From Basidiobolus meristosporus CBS 931.73 (Eukaryota; Fungi; Basidiobolomycota), in NCBI GenBank assembly GCA_002104905.1, contig MCFE01000036.1, forward strand, positions 1 to 64,000: DNA of 64,000 bases, read 5' to 3'. The translations under genes were made by a program, and so were the position numbers. This document shows, one piece after another, positions 36,665 through 46,631 of the stretch (within the stretch, counting starts at the first letter, position 1; each line of letters begins with the position of its first letter). The notes beneath the pieces were generated by a model. The model was given only the letters and a program-made list of their open reading frames with translations. It had not been told where the DNA came from and made no database searches.

Positions 36665-38695
36665 ATTGTGAATGGGCAGGCCAGCAAGTGAGCAACTTGA
36701 TTGAGGATGAGAGTAGTTGCTGGTGACCAATGAGCTTATATAGCTGCGCAACTCGATGTCTGTCTCGCTCTAATTTTTAGCTCATGCTGAGGTGAACCCG
36801 CATGGCAAATGTCGAGCACGGATGACAGTTTCAAATGACCGGATACATTATGTTAGATTGCTCAGTGGTCCCCTAGCAATTAAACAGTTATCCCCCATGG
36901 ATCATTGTTTGTATTGTACCCAAGAAGTAATGATTAGGACTTGATTAATCTAGATCTGATCTGCACGGATTCATTGCCATTTCACTAACTCAGATAGGGC
37001 GTGCGGGACGAGTACCGGTCAATTGGGGTTACTTCGATTAGCACATGCACTTCATTTTGTATGGTTGATTTTACTAGTGTAGGTCTTGGTACCCTCTGAC
37101 ACTTGGTAAATTTCAAACTATTTACAAAGGTGTATAAACATTTAGACATTGTCTTGAATCGCATCGGGTTAAATGAAGTTCAATCACAATTCGTGCTTTG
37201 TAATGTGCTATATGGATGAGTGAAAGCCATTCGAAACCATGGTACTGAAATACATGATGTAGCCTTTTAAGCTTACCACTCTATCGCGATAGCCAAAGTA
37301 TTTGTCCAATATAAGGTGTCAATTCAGTTATTTCGTGTGACATGGTATGATATAGTAGTGACTGCTTCGAAGCGAGCGCCAAGATGAACCAAACCGAATT
37401 TGCAGGGGGTCTTTGCTTTGAAGTTCTGATTAGCCGCGATGTTTACCAGTTTCTATTGATATTTTTATGACTTGTACAGGGCCTAACAATACTGGTAATC
37501 GTCATTGTGAAACTATTCAACCATTCTAGACGTCATTATAGTAAAGCAAGTAACCTACTCTGGTAGCGACGAGAATGATAATGTAACTATGAACGTAGGA
37601 AAATGTTGTTCGAAAAAAATATCATCATCATCGTTTTCTGATTCATGATCATGTTCAGGAGATAGGATATAGTGAATGTATTGGAAGAACAAGTAGAGCG
37701 GTAGATCGTAATCTTACCATATGTTACTAAGCTGCTTGCCACAAGGTTTACAACTAACTTCGGGTTGAGAATCACTGGAAGCCGATGACTAACTAATAAC
37801 ATGAAGCAGCCAACTTTACAGAATAGCAGCGGAGTGTTTGTATAGTAATATAAATCGCGCGATAGCAAGTGTGTAGCATATTGGCTCTGTCTTAACCTCA
37901 ATGAAATGTACCATCAGACCAGTGAATAAAGCACTATATACTGGCTAAAGGTCATCCAACCCAGTTACGTGCCACTTCGACTTCCGCAAATCCGCCTTCT
38001 TTAATCTTGCACAATCAAAAACTGAGAAAAGAAGAAACAGTAGCTGCATTTCAGCACGGTGTCAGATCATAATGATTAGACCATATTACTCCCAACATTC
38101 TAATTTTCCAGCATATGGCGCACCGTGGCCTCTGAAACACATAGAAATAGCATTAATCGTTCATTGCCATTGAGGTCTATCATTGGAGGCTGATTAAGAC
38201 TTGACTGTAGGTAGTCAATTTACCCAATTTCAAGATACGCATTCTGATAGCTACTTGGTGTGGCTGCTGGTATCATTAATGTAAGAAGTGAAACGATTGT
38301 AATACATTCATTACTAGTTATCTTAGGATGCTCAAGTGCTATATGTGTGAGTGTGTGAGTGTGTACTTTACTATTGACATCCCCCAGGAGATCTTTACTC
38401 ACCGAGCTTTGGATGCTATATCCTATAATTATATCACAACGTTATCATAGTGCCACCCATGATAAAAATTCTTGTTACTTTTGTCTGCACTTTCCGTATG
38501 TTGGATAATTAATCAAGTAAATGGCTCAATGCGGTTCATTGATGAAGTCAAATAAAACATGTGAATGTCTCTAGAACATCACTAATTCAGGGAAATCATG
38601 CTATCTGAATATGAATATTCGACACACAAGTGATCAACCCCCCCAAAGAGAATGAACAACACAATGACCTAGTATTTGACACAACAATGGCATTC

Positions 38696-39939
38696 TTAGA
38701 TATCGATCTTTGCCTTGAGACAGGCTGCCAAATCCTGAACTGTGGGCGATTTGGTGCTATCTCATTTGTAAGTAACCACTGAGTCTATAAATAAAATGGA
38801 TTGACAAGCTACACGGCCAATATCTCAAATGCTGCTGTGGTGTGATTCACCTCGCTCTTGATATGTAATGAATATCTTCTCTAATTGTTGCACAATGAAC
38901 CTCGTCTAACCCATTTCACTTTTTATGATTTAGTAAAATATTCAACAGCATTTTCTTATCAAGAATTGGGATATTTCCAAATAAGAGAACGGCTGTAAAT
39001 AGAGATCTGCGCACATTACAGAGTACGTCAAGAGAATTACTGGTCAGACAACGATAGCAGTTGTTCCTATTGGTGCTCTATAGACCAACAATGTGCTGTC
39101 ATTTTGCTTGTTCCCGAACGCTAGAGCATCTAGACTTGTATAAGAGTGTCGGAGCGTGCGAAGCTTTGTACATGGCACTAATACATAGGCTGGCATCGGC
39201 CTCGACCCCGCGTAATTTGCCCTTTGATTGAACATTTTGACAGAGCGAGCTCCCGTCACTTCCGGTTTGGCCTCCACCACCGCCACCATAATCACAATTT
39301 GTCGAGGCACCGCCTGATGAACCATCATTGTTATCATGATATCGAGTATTGCTACCAGAACCATCACCACCCTCATCTCCGGTGTGACTTGGGCCGGTGC
39401 TGCTCCCGTAATCTGATGAGCCATTTTTGCAACTATCCTCAGGAGGTGTAGGAGCTTTCTGGGGGTGAAAAGTTGGTCTGTGAACTTTACCTATTAACTC
39501 CAGCCTTTACTTTTATCTCGATATCCCATAAGGCCATTACAGCCCAACTTTGAAACATCCTTATACTTTGTACACATATCCTCATTTCCACTTTGGCCTC
39601 TAGTATTACCGTTGTGATCGCTATCTCCTGGAGTACCATCGGATATACCACCATTTGATACACCATTAATGTAACCATTTGCTGAAGGCCTAGGATTGGT
39701 ATATGAAGCTGTTGATGAAGGTTTGATTTTCGCGTAACGCTGTTCTTAGCTATCAAATGGACATCGCTGAAAATTCAATTCAACACCCAGTGCTCGTGTA
39801 GCTACTAAAAGGTGTAATAGTTCAACTTTGCAGCATCATTGTATATGCGGATAGGAGATTTGTTTCCATCTGAATCACAGATAAGAGCGGCAGCTATCAT
39901 TGCAATAATGTTAAGCAAGTGCACTGAGAATAGAAACAT
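38696..39939 (-). pseudogene. Decayed Cys-module family member A8, with its last module split by a ~350-bp insertion
   Basis: Fragments 'KYKDVSKLGCNGL..IKVKAG' and 'LCQNVQSKGKLRGVEADASLC...HAPTL', plus a detached 'DLAACLKAKIDI*' at 38735-38696. Contains frameshifts. Confidence 0.7.
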
Positions 39940-40673
39940 CACATTGGAATGAATTAGATGATGCGGATCTTTCGTTCGCTCATTAATTTCTGCTTTACCT
40001 CTATTTTAATTGCAATCTGCCAACTTATAACATTATACTCCCTGGACATTCAGCGTTTCATTGGCAAGTGGATACATAGTTCAAATAGGTTCGATAAAGC
40101 AATGTGGTCTCTACCAATCCACCATTGGAAGTCAATAGATCAACACTGGCGCTCTCATTGTATGTTTCTATATTCATTGAAGCTTAGCCTATATTGTATT
40201 TTCAATCATATTCTCCATGTGGGATTCAGTGGCTATCTCCGATCCATTCTTCCTGGCTTCTTACTAACTCTGCAATGTCACTTACGAGTGTAGTCACCTA
40301 TTGAGTCTGTTGTCGAATACTTGTCCATAACTTTAGTGCCCAGTTCCAAGTACTGGGCTTACTGGTGCTCTTACCGCGATATCCACCACATCAACAACCA
40401 TCCATCCAACTATACTACGCATTGTGAAGTTTGACATGGTTGTTGTACTTGACCGTGTGGGTGAAAAGTGAGGATGAGTTTATTCAGATTAAATATCCAT
40501 AAATTACTAGACTGTGCGGTGGTTTGTATCCTGCATACTCGCTCAAAATCTGGAAAGAGTGGGTGAATGACGTGGGGTGTGCTGAACATTCGTATTAGTC
40601 GCCGTTTGGAGCAGTAGGAATAGTCGGAATTGTGATAGCAGTAATAGTGGCAGTAGTAGTAATAGTGGGGTAG

Positions 40674-42095
40674 TTAGAGTGCCAGTGCTGCTCTCCTGGC
40701 AATGCTACGTCCACCAACTCCCAGGTTTACTCGAGCTTTCAAGCAAAGCTCCACATTGACATCAGCGATGCCCAGCAGCTTGGCATTCGCAACCAGTGTG
40801 GGACATCCTGGGGCATTCGATAACACAGGAGCCCTAGGGCCAGCATTTGGGCCTCTGAGACAGATGTTGGCATCCACCTTGATTCCGAGAAGTCGGACTT
40901 TGGCACTGATGTCCTGGCATGTTGGGCGGGATCCGTTGCCATTGTTTCCTGCATTGCCACCCCCATTTCCACCGCCGTGGTGACCACTACCACCGCCACC
41001 ACCGCCAACGCAAACATCCACTCCGATAAGTCTGGTAACATCGACATTGGCACCAATTGCACAGCCTCCGTTGCCGGAACTTCCATTACCACCACCGCCA
41101 TTGCCACCACCACCACCACCACCGTGACTACTACCTCCACCACCACCACCACCACCTAGACAGATCTCAGCCTTCACAGGGATTCCAAGCAGTTTCAAGT
41201 CGGCTACCAAGTCAGGACAAGTGTTTCCACCTTTGAGTGGAGGATGGGAGTTTCCTCCATTTCCACCGTTGCCGCCACCGCCGCCACCTCCACCACCACC
41301 TCCTAGGCAAATCTTGGCATCAATCTTGATTCCGAGAGCCTGGAGTTTTGCCACAATTCCATCACAAGTGCGTGGTTTCCCGCCTCCACCGCCGCCCCCA
41401 TTACCACTACCACCTGAGCCTCCGTGGGAACCGCCACCACCATTTTGTCCTCCATTTCCTCCACCACCATTATGCCCTCCGTAGCCATCATCTCCGGTGT
41501 GACCTCCTTTACTGCCGCTACCTCCACCACCACTATATCCACCGCCTCCGGTGTGCCCTCCATTACTGCCTTTTCCTGAACCACCATTGTAGCTACCACT
41601 TCCGTTGTGGCCTCCATTACTACCGCTGCCTGAGCCTCCATTGTAGCTGCCACCACCGGTGTGTTCTCCATTTCCTCCTCCACCATTTCGTCCTCCGTAG
41701 CTATCATCTCCGGTGTGACCTCCTTTACCGCCGTTGCTACCACCACCCCCGTTATGTCCTCCATTCCCGCCACCACCATTGTACCCACCTCGCCCTGTGT
41801 GGCCTCCGCCTCTGCTGCTTGCACAAAGTCCGGCCTTCACCTTGATCCCTAGAGCTTCGACTGCCACCACCAACCCATCACAGTCCAGTGACTCCACTGG
41901 TCCATACCTGGAGCGTGAGGGAGCTGACTTGCCCGTGCACACTTTTGCATTTATGTTGGCTCCGAGTGCGTTCAATCGAACAATCAATCCATCACAGTAT
42001 CCGTCAGATCCGCCACCCCCGCTCGAGCCATAGTAAGGCACAGCAGCAATCTGGGAGACCATGGCGAGCGAGAGAAGGGCATATGGAAGCTTCAT
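40674..42095 (-). CDS. Secreted Gly-rich Cys-module protein B1 (473 aa, 7 modules); chimera of B3-like 5' and B2-like 3' halves
   Basis: Signal peptide MKLPYALLSLAMVSQIAA, Gly/His/Asn-rich linkers and 14 Cys. Confidence 0.88.
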   Translation of the reverse strand: MKLPYALLSLAMVSQIAAVPYYGSSGGGGSDGYCDGLIVRLNALGANINAKVCTGKSAPSRSRYGPVESLDCDGLVVAVEALGIKVKAGLCASSRGGGHTGRGGYNGGGGNGGHNGGGGSNGGKGGHTGDDSYGGRNGGGGNGEHTGGGSYNGGSGSGSNGGHNGSGSYNGGSGKGSNGGHTGGGGYSGGGGSGSKGGHTGDDGYGGHNGGGGNGGQNGGGGSHGGSGGSGNGGGGGGGKPRTCDGIVAKLQALGIKIDAKICLGGGGGGGGGGGNGGNGGNSHPPLKGGNTCPDLVADLKLLGIPVKAEICLGGGGGGGGSSHGGGGGGGNGGGGNGSSGNGGCAIGANVDVTRLIGVDVCVGGGGGGSGHHGGGNGGGNAGNNGNGSRPTCQDISAKVRLLGIKVDANICLRGPNAGPRAPVLSNAPGCPTLVANAKLLGIADVNVELCLKARVNLGVGGRSIARRAALAL

Positions 42096-43103
42096 TTTGA
42101 GTAGTTTTCTGACAGCAAGCGAGTGACTAGGCTAGACCTGACTTGACTTGACTTGATTTGCTTTGCTATGATACGGCTTGGCTTGATGTGACTCGGTTTA
42201 GCTTTGCTTTGCTTAGTTCAGCTTGATATATATAGGGTTGGGGATGATGTTGTTGTTGTTGTTGATGACGATGTGTTGGAGAGCGGACAGTAGGCTTTAA
42301 GTACTCTTGCAAGCAAACAGATGGCCGAATTTCAGACGATTCTTTTTGCATCTGTGAAAGTAAGTGTATGAATAGAAAGATGGATATGCGCGAAGAGTAC
42401 GGAGTGCATCATATAAACCGGTTTATCAAAGAGAATGCCATTAACTGAAGATGAATTTATCAATTAGTGGTGAGTTTGGAATCATCAACCATGTAGTAAG
42501 GCCAATTTCACCAGTATTATGATACTGAATGCACGACTGAGGAAGTAACTTAATTCATCACAATGAACTTAGACCCAAGATTGGTTGCACATTGGACAGT
42601 GATATTGGTGAGGCGCCAACTTCCCCTATTTTCCCCTCGACGCTCGATCTATTGGTATGCGGTTTCAATTTTCTATTTCATGTATGTGCTTAGACAATTA
42701 CTGCAGTCTCAGCAATTGAGTTATTCTAGACTTGACCGTTCATTTGAACATCTTTCTTACATTGGTGCATCTTTACAGCGAACCGAAACTTCGATGGACC
42801 AACCTATGCAAATCTCTGACCTCCGCCACGCCAACCTCCATCGAAGTATAGCGGGATGCTCTCCCACCCCGCCCCCCCCCGAAGCACTTAACCTTAATGC
42901 TCGGACAATTCCCAGCCAATCACTCTGACCAATCTCCATGGAAACCAATTTGGTGTACTCCGATGCAGTATGTATTGAGTTAATACATTTTGCATTTCCA
43001 CGCCTCCCTGGATTCATACAAGCTATAAATCGCCCAGCTGGGTCCTCTCGATTGTACAAGTCAATCCGGTGCGAGTACACTCCATATTTCTTAACATCTC
43101 AAG

Positions 43104-44303
43104 ATGAAACTCATTGCCTCAAAAACGCTTCTTCTATTCGCCGCCGTACAGGCCATAGCTGCCTTACCGGGCTACGGGTCGGGTGGAGGCCAACATAACA
43201 GCTATTGCGATGGATTGATCGTCCGACTGAACGCTCTGGGAGCAAATCTGGATGCCAAGGTCTGCTTGGGCAACTCTGGCAAATCGAGATATACTGCCGA
43301 TGAGATCACTCGTTTAAGTTGCGATGGCTTGGTAGTTGCTGCCAAAGCCTTAGGAATCAAAGTGAGAGCTGGCCTTTGCGTGAATGGTGGTCACGATGGT
43401 AGCGGCAACAGTGGCTATAATGGTGGCGGAAATGGTGGGCACAATGGCGGTGGTAATGGCGGTGGTAACGGCGGTCACAATGGCGGTGGTAACGGCGGTC
43501 ACAATGGCGGCGGTAACGGCGGTCACAATGGCGGCGGTAACGGCGGTCACAATGGCGGTGGTAATGGCGGTGGTAACGGCGGTCACAATGGCGGCGGTAA
43601 TGGTGGTGGTAGGCCTGACACTTGTAATGGGATTGTGGCAAAACTCCAGGCTCTCGGAATCAAGATTGATGCCAAGATTTGCCTAGGAGGTGGTGGTGGC
43701 GGTGGCGGCAACGGTGGAAATGGAGGAAACTCCCATCCTCCACTCAAAGGTGGAAACACTTGTCCTGACTTGGTAGCCGACTTGAAACTGCTTGGAATCC
43801 CTGTGAAGGCTGAGATCTGTCTAGGTGGTGGTGGTGGAGGTGGAGGTAGTAGCCACGGTGGTGGTGGTGGTGGCAATGGCGGTGGTGGTAATGGAAGTTC
43901 CGGCAACGGAGGCTGTGCAATTGGTGCCAATGTCGATGTTACCAGACTTATCGGAGTGGATCTTTGCGTTGGCGGTGGTGGCGGTGGTAGTGGTCACCAC
44001 GGCGGTGGAAATGGGGGTGGCAATGCAGGAAACAATGGCAACGGATCCCGCCCAACATGCCAGGACATCAGTGCCAAAGTCCGACTTCTCGGAATCAAGG
44101 TGGATGCCAACATCTGTCTCAGAGGCCCAAATGCTGGCCCTAGGGCTCCTGTGTTGTCAAATGCCCCAGGATGTCCCACACTGGTTGCGAATGCCAAGCT
44201 GCTGGGCATCGCTGATGTCAATGTGGAGCTTTGCTTGAAAGCTCGAGTAAACCTGGGAGTTGGTGGACGTAGCATTGCCAGGAGAGCAGCACTGGCACTC
44301 TAA
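43104..44303 (+). CDS. Secreted Gly-rich Cys-module protein B2 (399 aa, 7 modules; GGHNGGGN repeats)
   Basis: Signal peptide MKLIASKTLLLFAAVQAIAA, a 24-bp tandem repeat at ~43410-43610, and TATAAA at ~43024. Confidence 0.88.
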   Translation: MKLIASKTLLLFAAVQAIAALPGYGSGGGQHNSYCDGLIVRLNALGANLDAKVCLGNSGKSRYTADEITRLSCDGLVVAAKALGIKVRAGLCVNGGHDGSGNSGYNGGGNGGHNGGGNGGGNGGHNGGGNGGHNGGGNGGHNGGGNGGHNGGGNGGGNGGHNGGGNGGGRPDTCNGIVAKLQALGIKIDAKICLGGGGGGGGNGGNGGNSHPPLKGGNTCPDLVADLKLLGIPVKAEICLGGGGGGGGSSHGGGGGGNGGGGNGSSGNGGCAIGANVDVTRLIGVDLCVGGGGGGSGHHGGGNGGGNAGNNGNGSRPTCQDISAKVRLLGIKVDANICLRGPNAGPRAPVLSNAPGCPTLVANAKLLGIADVNVELCLKARVNLGVGGRSIARRAALAL

Positions 44304-45211
44304 CTACCCCACTATTACTGCTATCACAATTCCGACTATTCCTACTGCTCCAAACGGCGACTAATACGAATGTTCAGCACACCCAACGTCATTCACCCAC
44401 TCTTTCCAGATTTTGAGCGAGTATGCAGGATACAAATCACCGCACAGTCTAGTAATTTATGGATATTTAATCTGAATAAACTCATCCTCACTTTTCACCC
44501 ACACGGTCAAGTGCAACAACCATGTCAAACTTCACAATGCGTAGTATGGTTGGATGGATGGTTGTTGATATGGTGGATATCGCGGTAAGAGCACCAGTAA
44601 GCCCAGTACTTGGAACTGGGCACTAAATCTATGGGCAGGCGCTCTACAACAGATGGAACAAGCGGCTAAGAGTGCGCTCAACATGCCAGAGTTAGTAAGA
44701 AGCCAGGGAGAATGGATCGGAGATAACCGCTGAATCCCACATGGAGAATATGATCGAAGACGCAATCCAGGCTAAACCTTGATAGATCCAGAAACACCCA
44801 AAGTGGGCGCGCATAATTCCAATCTGGCCTTAATCAGATCTTAATTGATGCAGTCAGCTAAATCTATCTACACCCAATGCATCCTCATTGATGAACAGGT
44901 TATCCGCTGCACTCCATACTCTCAGTACCTCTCAATCCCTCTGCTCATACACCTACTTGCGCCAAACCAAATATACCACCTTTAATTTGAGCATTTGTTT
45001 GCTCGCAAGAGTACTTAAAGCCTACTGTCCGCTCCCCAACACATCGTCATCAACAACAACAACATCATCCCCAACCCTATATATATCAAGCTTGACTAAG
45101 CCAAGCAAAGCTAAACCGAGTCACATCAAGCCAAGCCGTATCATAGCAAATCAAGTCAAGTCAAGCCAGGTCTAGCCTAGTCACTCGCTTGCTGTCAGAA
45201 AACCACTCAAA

Positions 45212-46432
45212 ATGAAGCTTCCATACGCCCTTCTCTCGCTCGCCATGGTCTCCCAGATTGCTGCTGTGCCTTACTATGGCTCGAGCGGGGGTGGCGGATC
45301 TGACGGATACTGTGATGGATTGATTGTTCGATTGAACGCACTCGGAGCCAACATAAATGCAAAAGTGTGCACGGGCAAGTCAGCTCCCTCACGCTCCAGG
45401 TATGGACCAGTGGAGTCACTGGACTGTGATGGGTTGGTGGTGGCAGTCGAGGCTCTAGGGATCAAGGTGAAGGCCGGACTTTGTGCAAGCAGCGGAGGCG
45501 GAGGCCACACAGGGCGAGGTGGGTACAATGGTGGTGGCGGGAATGGAGGACATAACGGGGGTGGTGGTAGAAACGGCGGTAAAGAAGGTCACACCGGAGA
45601 TGATAGCTACGGAGGACGTAATGGTGGAGGAGGCAATGGAGGACACACCGGTGGCGGCGGCTACAATGGAGGTGGTGGTAAAGGGGGCGGCATGATAGAT
45701 GGTAGCTACGGAGGGCATACCGGTGGGGGAGGAAAAGGAGGACACAATGGTAGTGGAAGTTACAACGGAGGCTCAGGCAGCGATAGTAAAGAAAATGGCT
45801 ACAATGGTGGTGGTGGCAACGGAGGTGGCGGTAACGGAGGTGGTGGCAACGGAGGTGGTGGCAATGGAGGCGGTGGCAATGGAGGCGGTGGCAATGGAGG
45901 CGGTGGCAATGGAGGCGGTGGAGGGAGATCAAGCACTTGCAATGGAATTGTAGCAAAACTCCAGGCTCTTGGCATAGAGATAGATACCAATATATGTTTA
46001 GGCGGTGGTGTCAGCGGAGGTAATGGAGGAAACCCTCACCCTCCACTCAAAGGCGGAAACACTTGTCCAGGATTGGTTGCCGACTTGAAACTGCTTGGAA
46101 TCCCTGTGAAAGCTGAGATCTGTCTTGGTCGTGGCGGAGGTAGTCACAACGGCGGTGGAAATGGAGGAAACAATGGCAATGGGTCCCGCCCAACATGCCA
46201 GGACATCAGTGCCAAAGTCCGACTTCTCGGAATCAAGGTGGATGCCAACATCTGTCTCAGAGGCCCAAATGCTGGCCCTAGGGCTCCTGTGTTGTCGAAT
46301 GCCCCAGGATGTCCCACACTGGTTGCGAATGCCAAGCTACTAGGTATTGCTGATGTGAGTGTAGAGCTTTGCTTGAAAGCTCGAGTAAACCTGGGAGTTG
46401 GTGGACGTAGCATTGCCCGGAGAGGACTATAA
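45212..46432 (+). CDS. Secreted Gly-rich Cys-module protein B3 (406 aa, 6 modules; GGGGN repeats)
   Basis: Signal peptide identical to B1, a 15-bp tandem repeat at ~45800-45920, and TATATATAT at 45078-45086. Confidence 0.88.
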   Translation: MKLPYALLSLAMVSQIAAVPYYGSSGGGGSDGYCDGLIVRLNALGANINAKVCTGKSAPSRSRYGPVESLDCDGLVVAVEALGIKVKAGLCASSGGGGHTGRGGYNGGGGNGGHNGGGGRNGGKEGHTGDDSYGGRNGGGGNGGHTGGGGYNGGGGKGGGMIDGSYGGHTGGGGKGGHNGSGSYNGGSGSDSKENGYNGGGGNGGGGNGGGGNGGGGNGGGGNGGGGNGGGGNGGGGGRSSTCNGIVAKLQALGIEIDTNICLGGGVSGGNGGNPHPPLKGGNTCPGLVADLKLLGIPVKAEICLGRGGGSHNGGGNGGNNGNGSRPTCQDISAKVRLLGIKVDANICLRGPNAGPRAPVLSNAPGCPTLVANAKLLGIADVSVELCLKARVNLGVGGRSIARRGL

Positions 46433-46631
46433 TAATGTTACACCCATCACAATATTCGTGTGATGTGGTATCCTATGAGAAGCAAATTAATAAAGTGAAC
46501 ATAACTTAAGATATCTAAAATCAAAACTTTAATCATGCAATATCGGCATTATACTAGCTGAGATGACTAATTGTATAGCATATGTCCAAGAGAACCAAAT
46601 ATGAGCACCTGTAAACACACACGTGGGTAAC

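Larger units (their letters stand above)
28575..36995. repeat. Segmental duplications in the A array: ~28575-30520 approximates ~34045-36000; 32716-33040 approximates 36665-36995; 28250-28550 approximates 31215-31500
   Basis: Long near-identical non-coding stretches, for example 30318-30484 matches 35802-35968, and 28583-28900 resembles 34047-34370. Confidence 0.85.
40150..45670. repeat. Two long inverted repeats: ~40150-41370 with ~43620-44810, and ~41640-42470 with ~44840-45670
   Basis: Reverse-complement identity of coding and flanking sequence, including the (CAA)n/(TTG)n microsatellite and (CAAGT)n pentamers near the B1 and B3 starts. Confidence 0.9.

Noticed and set aside
25163-46413. 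Many overlapping or antisense ORFs rich in Thr/Ala/Val, His/Arg or poly-Pro
   Set aside because: These are shadow frames of the Gly- and Pro-rich codon repeats.
24993-46432. Calling the 8-Cys secreted proteins hydrophobins, CFEM or LTP/8CM proteins
   Set aside because: There are no CC doublets or CxC. The Cys occur as repeated C-x18-C pairs, and their number varies from 8 to 14.
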